DNA of 64,000 nt from Chiloscyllium plagiosum (taxonomy: Eukaryota). Shown one piece after another: positions 53,578 through 64,000 of this stretch (its first letter is position 1; each line of letters begins with the position of its first letter). Location: assembly GCF_004010195.1 (NCBI RefSeq), contig NC_057718.1, forward strand, positions 83,926,924 through 83,990,923, in the 5' to 3' direction. The notes under the pieces are model-generated. The model saw only the letters and a program-made list of their open reading frames with translations. It did no database searches and had not been told where the DNA came from. The position numbers and the translations under genes are program-made.

Positions 53578-54056
53578 CTGCACTTCAGATAAAGGTCTTT
53601 AGAGTCCTCACTGACCCAGACTCCGTAACCTCACATTTACCATGGCTAATCCACCTAGTTTGCATATCCCTGGACACAACGGGACAATTTAGTAAACCCA
53701 ATTCATCTAACCTCCACATGTTTGAACTGTGGGAGAGAATCAGAGGGCCTAGCAGAAACCAACACAGACAACTCAACACAGGTTAAAAATCACGCGACGC
53801 AAGTTGATAATCCGATGGGTTTATTGGAAACACTAGTTTTTGGCATGCCGCGCTGCTCCTTCATTAAGTGTTAGTGCTCCGAAAGCTAGTATTTTCAAAT
53901 AAACCCGTTGGACTACAAACTGGTGTTGTGATTTTTGACCTTGTCCAACCCAGTCCAATACTGGCACCTCCACATCAAACTCCACACAGTCACCCGAGAC
54001 TGGAATTGAACCCGGGTCCTCAGCACTTGAGGCAGCAGTGCTAACCACTGTACCAA
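53578..54056 (-). mobile_element. HE1-type SINE split by a family A fold-back insertion
   Basis: Head on minus (GAGGCAGCAGTGCTAACCACTG on +) at 53978-54056; body at 53578-53781. Confidence 0.8.
53782..53977. mobile_element. Older family A fold-back insertion with decayed hammerhead motifs
   Basis: TSD AACTC(A/C)ACACAG at 53770-53781 and 53978-53989; arms GTTAAAAATCAC... / ...GTGATTTTTGAC; tail TTGTCCAACCCAGTCCAATACTGGCACCTCCACATC. Confidence 0.75.
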
Positions 54057-56367
54057 CCCATTCTTCCTGCCAAAATGTACAGTTTTACATTTCTTCCCAT
54101 TATACTCCATTTGCCTCATATAATTGCTCAATGAACCTATCTGTATTCCTTTGTGACTACTTTTATGTCCTCTTCATAGCTTAGTTTCTGACCAATCTTA
54201 AGGATATTTAATTTGGATGAGGAGAGACATTTTGTTTTTTCCTTACCCACTCCATGCTGTCTCTCTTCTTCTGTCTGATTCTTTCTCTCATATGTTAGTG
54301 TTTGGAGTATTTACATTTTCTAACTGTCACCAGAGCACACCAGGGCAATTGGACGCTTTTTGTTTCCTTCTAAATTCTACTTTTATTTGAAAAAGTCAAC
54401 AATAATTAGAATGATTAAAGAACTTGTCTTCCTTTGAATTAAGCATGCTTTCTGATGCTTACTCCATTGCTGGAGCACTTCTGGGAAATTCAAGTTATCT
54501 TTTTTCCTAAGCATGCTGCACATAGCATGTCATGTCTTCAATTATTCTGATACACTAGCCAGAAATGATACTTTGTAAAATAAATTTCGATTTGTACTTG
54601 ATTAAATTAATGCCGACTACTTTCAACAGCCTCCTAGGCAGTTCTCAATAGGTGGGCACTCCATTATTGAAATATTGGACAGAATCTTGTTGAGCCATTG
54701 GGTAAGTCTTGCCTGTTGACTGGAAAGTGAGCAGGAGACCTGTGCTGTCCCTTTTTGGGTAAACCTGCTAAGCTACAAGCCAACCATGCAGTGAGTGGTG
54801 AGCCCAGAGCTGGTCCTTCCTCTGAAATCAAAACCGTAGGGTGCATGTCTTCGCTGCTCAGAGCTAGATAATCAGAACTTGGCAGCTTATGCTCAGAGGC
54901 ATGGGGAATTGTGGCAGCTGCTGGAAGGATAGGCACTAGGAGGTAGCAGTGTCACAGAATGGTGGATTGATCCTGGTGACAGGTCAGTAATGTGGGATGG
55001 TTTTGATGGAGAAAAGGTGCAGAGGCCTTGTCACCAAGGGACAGGAGACTGACTTACTGGAGGTGTATCATTGCCATGCCTTACAATGATAGTCCCTGGA
55101 TCCCTGTCTTAGAAGTGACAAGAGATGTATGTGATTTCATGTGTTGTGAATGCCACATGGCTATATGTCTGTCCACTACAATGTTAATATCAGCAGGAGC
55201 AAGATGTGTCCTTTGAACAGTCGTCAATTGGATATTTCAAGGTTTCCATAAACAGTCAGGTGTGATGGTTGACCATGGACTTTCCTGTCAAGTATTAAAT
55301 TCTGACAAAGGCGGGAAGGTGGCAGGGTTCAGATAGGTCACCATCCCATCTAATTAGATGCTCTTGCACATAGAAGCAACAGCAGAGGATTCCGCCAGTT
55401 GTTTCTGCAGATTACTTTTAAATTTCTATCCGGTCTGTTAAAGAGTTTGTGTCTTTGGTGCAATTGTTATGGGAAAGGTGAAATAGCTTGTTGTGATACA
55501 TGCTCCCAATTCCTTTAAAATATGAAGAACATCAATCAGAGCACCTCGTAATCGTTTCTTTTCTGGAGAACTTGTCCATCTTGCATAATCAGTCCCATAA
55601 TCCCTTGTACATTCCGATTGCTCTTTTGTTCAAATAAATTTGCAAACTAGCTGAAAGCAAACTGATGATGAGTAAAGAGAAATAGACCATTTGTTCAGAT
55701 AACAGTTCATGCTGTATCATGGAAATTTAAGTACATTAACCTGAAAAGACCTAAGAAGGCTGAAAAAGGTTACAAATGAAAATGAGGCACAAGCATCTCA
55801 AAAAAATACTTGTAATGCTTGTATTAAAAGATTAAAATATATTAAAATGTAATATATTAAACAAATTTAGTCATTATTGCAAAATCAAAAATCAATCATA
55901 GACATTAGTACTCAACTTGTGCACAGAGGATTTTTAATGTATGGATTTGCAACAATGATAGAATATGCATTGTTTACTAACTAACAGGTAAAACTAATAA
56001 AACTAATAACCAATGTCACGAAAGTAGCAAAGAAAAATTAGGAATGGGAAAATTGGAACAGTGCCTATAGCATGAGAATGCCTGATAGCTATGTTCTGTG
56101 TACTATGGAACTGTTTAAAAAGATAATTGAGCATTTATGTTCAAGAGAGAAAAAAATCAAGCCTTTTCTTTTTCAGTAGCAGAGTGGGTAATTAAGTTTG
56201 CTTGATTCATAAGTATTGAAGGTTGTCGATTTATAGGTGAGGGGTGTGAGTGCATCTGAAATACACAATAAAATTCATTCATGCAGTCCATGTGCTGTAG
56301 GTAGGATGCATAATGCCAATAGGGAGAGAGATCCAGGATTTAGTATTATCTTTATCATATTTGAGGA

Positions 56368-57425
56368 TGGCACAATGGCTCAGTGGTAAGCTCTGCTGCT
56401 TCGCATGGAGTTTGCAGGTTCTCCGTGTGTCTGTTGGCTTCCTCCTGCTGTCCAAAGGGTGGATACTTCCAAGTACAACGGGACCTTGATCAGATGGGCA
56501 AATGGGCTGAGGAGTGGCACATTGAGTTTAATTTAGGTAAATGTGAGGTGCTGCATTGTGGAAAGGCAAATTAGCAGAGGTCTTTTACACTTAATGGTAA
56601 GGTCCTGGGAAGTGTTGCTGAACAAAGAGACCTGGGAGTGCAGGTTCATAGTTCCTTGGAAGTGGAGCTGCAGGTGGATAGGATAGTGAAGATGGTGTTT
56701 GGTATTCTTTCCTTCACTGGTCAGTGCATTGAGTGTCGGAGTTGGGAAGTCATGTTGTGGTTGTACAAGACATTGTTTAGGTCACTTGTGAAATATTGTG
56801 TGCAATTCTGGTGTCCCTCCTATCGGAAGGATATTGTGAAACTTGATAGGGAATGGTGGAGGTTGAGAGGTGACCTTATAGAGGTTTATAAAATCATGAG
56901 GGGTATAGATAGTCAAGGTCTTGTCCCCAGAGTAGGGGAGTCTAAAACTAGAGGGTGAGGGAAAAGATTTAAAAGGGTTCCAAGGAGCAACATTTTCACG
57001 CAAAGGATGGTGTGCGTGTATGGAATGAGCTGCCACAGGAGCTGGTGGAGGCTGGTATAATGACAAGATTTCAAAGGCATCTGGATGGGGACAAGAATAG
57101 GAAGGGTTGGGAGGATATGAGCAAAATGCTGGCAAATGGAACTAGACATTAGACATTTAGGATATCTGGTTGGCATGGATGAGTTGGTCTATATCCAAAC
57201 TGTACAACTCTATCACTGTATAGGCAGGGTAGGTGAATTGGCCACACTTATTGCCCATAGTGTCCAGGAGTGTGCAGGCTAAGCAGATTAGCCATGGGTA
57301 GCCATGGGAAATGTAGGGTTGCAGGAATAGGGCAGGAGTGTGCATCTGGGTGATGCTCTTCAGAGGGTCGATTATGGATTTTGTGGGCCAAATGGCCAAG
57401 TTCCATACTGGAGGGATTCTAGGAT
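56368..57425 (+). mobile_element. HE1-type SINE (56368-56460 and 57222-57425) interrupted by a same-strand CR1 3' fragment (~56466-57215)
   Basis: TGGCACAATGGCTCAGTGGTAAG head; ORFs 56383..56574 (QRDLDQMGKWAEEW) and 56638..56958; SINE body resumes at GGTGAATTGGCCACAC. Confidence 0.8.
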
Positions 57426-57840
57426 TATAACATTAGCTACCATAGATGACATGTGAGACATGTGTCTTAATGTCATAGAAACAATAGCAAGCATTCTGAT
57501 GTGTGTTAGTTTTAAGTATGTGTTCTGGCAGTTTTCTTATCCCAGTTACTTTCTACAAAAAAAGGAAGGTTATTGTTGCAGTAAAAGAATTGACATATTG
57601 TCCTTCTCCTCCAGACTTTTTGGAGGGTTTCCTTGCTCTGCTATTGCTTACCTTGAGCTTATCTTTGCGCTGTCACCAAGATGGACTAAAGGTTAGAGAT
57701 TAGGATTCTCTTGTCATGGCTAAAGATAAACAGTAAAAACATGTTGGGACCTTGAATATCTATTGTATCTTATTTATATCTAACCCTGTAATAGCTATAA
57801 AGTACTGAAAACTGACCTTTTATTAACTGTCTTATAATAA

Positions 57841-57972
<132 letters not shown>

Positions 57973-58539
57973 TAAGCAATTTCCATTCATCCCTGGGTTT
58001 TTCCTGGTTGATCACATCTGTAAGTTCCTGTGGTTCCCATTTCCTCTTACTGTTAACAAAGAACAGTGTTTTAGTTTTAGGGCTCCGTTTACATAGGAAA
58101 TGATGTCAGACACCAAAAGCTTGTTTTTATTCAAAGCATTTTATGCTTTTAAGTTGCTGTACAACTGAAGCTTAAAACCAAACAGCATCTTGAGAATGAG
58201 TATGACGACTTTGCTAAACATTGGGTGGTAAGCTTGATATTCTTAAAAGGTTCTTCTTTAAAGGGAATTAGCTACATTGTTGTTTTTTAAAATTGAAATC
58301 ATTCCATGAAAATATTCATCAAAAGGTTTTATGTTTTTATATTTGATACTGCGAAGGGACAAGTGGATGCATGCATCTTTTAATTTAGTTGTTTTCTCAC
58401 TTTCCTTTTCGACAAGACAAAGTGAATGGAATTGTTTTCTTAATGTTGAAGTTCAACAAATTATTAGCAACACTGCGGGAACAAATTGAATAACTTGACA
58501 GTTCCACTTGTTCAGCAGTGATTTCTTTTCAGCAGATTA

Positions 58540-58569
58540 TTTATATATAATATATATATATATATATAT
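58540..58569. repeat. (TA)n microsatellite
   Basis: ttatatataatatatatatatatatatat. Confidence 0.8.
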
Positions 58570-58734
58570 TTTAAACAAATGAAGTGTATTAGGAGAACTA
58601 GCTACACTTTGAAAATATCTGTTTCAATATTGTAAGTGCATTGTCCAAACATCTGTACTTTTCAGTTATGTGCATTGGTGCATGGGTATTTGAGTTCACT
58701 TGTCAGGATTAACAGATTGAGATTTGGTAATTAG

Positions 58735-59475
<741 letters not shown>

Positions 59476-62319
59476 TAAGTATCAGATGCTATAAGAAATA
59501 TAAATTATTGCTTATTGTGTCTTAATAATAGTTATAGCAACCCTGCTTTTTTTATTTGTACAGCTTAAAAAAATGTTTTTCCTATTGCTGAAACGAATCT
59601 GAGCATCTTTCGAACTTTGCTCTGTTGAAGCTAATAAAATGTTACATTTCAACACTGAACAATTGAACTAAACATTGAACAATTCAACAAGTGCACTGTA
59701 ATAGCTAGCCTTAAATAGGTGATTCTATCCATAATTTTAAAGGGATAACGGCATAACAAGGAAGAAAACTTGTCCTGTTTAAATCATTCTTTAGGGAAAA
59801 ATGTTTTGTTTAATTTTCAAGATTGCTGGGCTCAGGTTAAATATCATACATTGAAATCATGGCAATATTACTGCATATGTTTCACCAATAACAAGTGCTA
59901 TTTGAAGGCACATGTATTAATGGGAATTCATTGATTTGTTTGTCCAGTTCATTACTTTCCTGCAATAAGTCTTGCTTGGCAAATCTAATTCCTTTATTTC
60001 AATAATGTGGTTATTTTTGTTCCAGGAGTTTGATATGTGTGTATATTTAAAAGTTGATGTTGTTAGGACAAAGGTCACTTCTAATGTTGGAACTATTTGT
60101 GCCCCAGCCTTTTGAGCCACATTTTCCTTTGTTCATCTGGACAGATGAAGCAGGAAAGTTAAAAGTTCAGTTTTGATCAATGCCTTTTCTGTGGTGAAAT
60201 GCAGCGGTTGACTGTGTTGATGTCTGTGATCTTCATTTATCAATTTTAATAATTTGATATGAGAAGCATACCATGCATCAATATCTTTGTGGCCTTGATT
60301 AGAAGCAATTGACTACAAATGATAATGTAAAATTGTGTCCTAGTTGATGTTTAGTTTTTGCTTAACTTAAATTCCATTTTGAGAAGTGACTTTCAAATGC
60401 CAGAACAATTCATATTTGCCTTTGGTAATGTAAAGCCTATGATGGTTACTACTTGTTTTATATAATTTTGTGCTTTTGAAAGTGAAGGCATGAGAAAATG
60501 CAATAATTTTCTCTTCCATTGCCAATGGATGAATGCTCATGGGTCATTTAATTGAAAATTCAAGTTTGCTCCTGTGCCTCAACAAATTGTTTTAACTGAA
60601 AATCCAGAGCAAGACCTCTAACTGCACCGATATGATTTTTATTTCTCTTGTGTGCCAGCATTATGTGCTTTATTTTACTATTATTAGATTGTTTTCTACT
60701 TTGGATTACATTTTTGTCAACAGAATTAAGAAGGTTGCAGTTTTTGAAGATGCCGTTAAAAGTTACAAAATATCCATGTTGTGCTAGTGAGACATTGGTT
60801 TCATTTTTGAATTTGTATGGATTTCCATCTCATTTGTGTCAAATATGGTTAATTTGGTATCTATGCACACAAGTACAAATATATATGTTCCATGTGGGAT
60901 GTAAGCAAATTGTGTATTTATATTGGCGGGATAAAGGTGCTTCCTGTTCATTGCACCTGCTGCAACTGAGTCAATCATAAGGGCTGTTCCGACCATTCAT
61001 GAACCTCATTTTGACTTCCTGTCCAAAAAAAAGTAAATTTTTTTTTCCTTTTATTTCAAGTTTTAAAAAAGAATAAGTTGAGCAAGTGGGCACAGGTTTG
61101 CTAAAGTTATGAAGCTGTTGACCTTTACCCATCATCTGTGCCACTGTTATATTCTATTTTTTGTGTTCTATTACTTTGGTATACTCCTGTTTCCTTACTT
61201 GGGTTGAATTTGAGGGTGATTGTTTGCAAAGAAGCTTATTGTTCATTCTTCATTCAAAACTGTTGAAGTTGGGTGGGGTAGTTAACACTTGGGAAAACTC
61301 TTCATGCTAATGAGCAAATAAGCTTTCGAGAAAATACTTTGCAGCCCCAATAAAAAAAACTTAAGTATGTTACTTGTACCAAGCAGCTGAACAGATGGCA
61401 GTATTTATGCTGAATGAGAACAGTTATGTGTAAGCTCTGCTGCAAGGAGCTGTAATTTTATTTCCTAGAAGTAATCTGAATAAATCTGCAGATCTACAGT
61501 TTGTGAGAAAAATGAATTGTGTAGCTCATTATTGTAGCATGGAGTTTTACCGTCTGGTTAGAGCATAAATTTAGCAAAGGATTTGTATTGACTGTATTAA
61601 CAATTCTATTTTTGTATACATCACCATTAAATAATTTGCAGGGGGATCCTGTGGGTATTGAGAGATCTGAACAAATTCATTTAAAAAATTGAAAACAGGA
61701 TGTTATGATACAATGGAGCTTACTTTTGAAAGTAAACATTGTTTAAACTTTAAAATTTCCTCAGTATCACCTTGAGGACTCCCCGGCAAATAAAAGATTA
61801 GAATGAGTCTTGATTCACCCAAAATATATGAAATAACCCATTTATACCCCGCAAAGTAAGTCGAAAACAAATTACACCAAGTTCACTTGAGGTCTGCAGG
61901 ACTGATGTAAGACTTGTTTCTCCCAAACCTAATGTTTACTGTAAAGTGTATTAAATGTCTTTTCCCCACATTCTCATGTCATTGACCAATCTTGTTTTCT
62001 GCACCTGCTTAAAGAATATTCAATATATTATCAAAGTTGCTGATTTTCCATCACACAAAATTATTACATAGACTGTAAAATCTTTATTTTGCATGAACAG
62101 TGGGAGTTTCCTATTTAGCTGTTGGGGTTTTCTATCCAATATTCTAGTTCGATCACTTAGAAAGATCAATGTTTGCACAATTGTAGCAATTCAACAAATT
62201 GGGAATCTGTTTACAATTGCAGGCGTAGTCACAATGGAGATCAAGTTCACAAGGCAGAGCTGTTCGGGCAAGGCAGTGCACAAATGACCTTCTATTTTGC
62301 ATTATATATTACAAAACGT

Positions 62320-64000
62320 TTTTTAAATATATTTTTATTGAAAAATACATTTTTTAATGTTACAACAAATACAAAGCAATACAATTCAAAACAATACAAA
62401 GAAAGAATACCAAAGAAATTGTAAAATCCCATGTACAAATGTATAAATATATATAAATATATGTTTTAGAAAATCCCAATTAACGACTTAACTAAACTAG
62501 TAATAACTAACAACAAACTATTAAATAATAGTAATACAGCTCAGCAAAACAAAACACTAGCTCTCGAATATTGAGAAAATTAATTTTCACAAATGTTCAC
62601 AGTTCCCCTCTCTGGACTCGTAAAGCACAATTATTCTGACTATCTAAAAGCCCTTATTAATGTGGCAGATAAATTTATGTCCAGGTATTCCAAAAAGGGC
62701 CACCGTGTGTTATAGAAATTCTCAGTTTTGTGGTGTACCATACTTGTAAGAAAACCCAAATAGATACGTTCATTAACAATCTTACACCAACCCGATAGGC
62801 CCGGGAGATTTTCAGACGCCCAACTTAACACAATAGTTCTTTCTTGCACTCAAAGTGAGGATGTCGAAAAGGTTTTTTTTATGCACATCCACAGGGAATA
62901 CACTGGGCAGACCAAGAAGAAGAGACGTTGTGTCTTTCTCCACCTTTACATCCAAATACCCTCCATTGCCCCCGCCACAGCGCTCTAGTATGTTTGAAAC
63001 CTACCACTGAACCAGAGACAATGGGTAAGAGTGCCAGTACTTGGGCATGTCGAAGATACCCCTAGTTTAAATTTTGACAAATGATTCGGAGCCAAGTGGA
63101 CCCTGAGGAGAATCTTCAACTGTAAAGCATGGGTCCGATCGCAAAATATCTTTCTTGCGTTTTCCCAAATATCATCCCATGCCTCTGAGGAGACCTCAGT
63201 GCCTAGCTCTCCCACACCCTGCAAAGTTGATCAAACTCATTTGAGGGGCCCCACCCCACTTGATGATATAAAGTGCTAACAGAAACTATTCTCTTAGCAC
63301 TGAGCACCTCCTCTCTCTCTGTCGGATTTGTTGGGATCGGTCAAAACTGTCGTCTTTTTTTAAATAAAATCCGTAACTTGAAGAAAATGGAAGTGGTCCC
63401 TGCTAGATACCTCATATTTCTGCGCTAACTGATCAAAAGACATCATTTTGTGTCCCTCAAATAAATCACCCATGCAAGACACACCCCTAGCTGCCCAATG
63501 TTTGAAACCTGAATCCATCATCCCTGGTTGAAAACCCAGCATACCCACTGTAGGTGTAAGAATAGGTGTTTTGTCAATACTGCCTTCCCTCTGCCCTCCA
63601 TGCTTTAACTGCACTGATACCTATCGGGTTATGGCAATATTCCTTAACTGTCCTCTTTTTGTCCAAACTAGTAAGGGAACACTTTGCCTGAGAAGTTACG
63701 ATATCTAACTAAATTGAAAAAGGGTTCCCACAATCCCAGTCACCCACGTAAGATAAAAGCAAGCTTAGTTTTAATATCCGGGAGATCCACTTCCCCCAGT
63801 CTGTGAGGCAATTGCAGTTTAGCTAATCTAATAAAGGGCCGATTACAATGCCAAATAAAAGAGATCAACCAGACTTTTCCATAAGCAAACGTTGAGGGGG
63901 AGCATCCGTATAGGGCACAACAAATAGGGAGACTATTCGTCTTAATAAGAGCTATCCGACCTAACCATGAGACTGGAAGCGCCTCCCACCTTTGAAGGTC
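62320..64000 (-). mobile_element. L1-clade LINE, ORF2 C-terminal region and 3' UTR, decayed and running off the window
   Basis: Minus ORFs 62985..63224 (WDDIWENARK..LQLKILLRVHLAP..CP..GTLTHCLW, cysteine-rich C-terminus) and 63360..63614; T-rich end with TTTATT near 62335. Confidence 0.75.

Noticed and set aside
54670..55310. Possible Harbinger-like MITE
   Set aside because: Only a very short imperfect terminal match (GGACAGAAT / ATTCTGAC) and no clear TSD.
55660..55748. Possible C/D box snoRNA (ATGATGA ... CTGA about 75 nt apart)
   Set aside because: No terminal stem and no recognisable rRNA or snRNA guide; compatible with chance.

Overview
This is eukaryotic, AT-rich intronic DNA, most likely from a shark or ray (inferred from the HE1-type SINEs and their partner CR1 LINEs). 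It carries nine consecutive + strand coding exons of SOS1 (human-equivalent exons 2-10: histone-fold, DH, PH, helical linker and start of REM). They splice into one open frame of 1762 nt; the start-codon exon and the 3' exons lie outside the window. The introns contain nested CR1 LINEs, HE1 and other tRNA-derived SINEs, a decayed Gypsy element, L1/Tx1-clade remnants, a Tc1/mariner-type MITE and two assembly gaps. The most interesting signal is a set of ~200-235 bp fold-back insertions from two unrelated sequence families. They share one layout: target-site duplication, inverted arms, a 34-39 nt unpaired tail, then the duplication again. They contain minimal hammerhead-ribozyme cores typical of Penelope-like elements, and the copy at 10769-11002 has a complete core on each strand. 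SOS1 intron 4 has a GC donor and a weak acceptor. Repeat-family names and human SOS1/SOS2 comparisons are from recall rather than database searches, and repeat boundaries are approximate.
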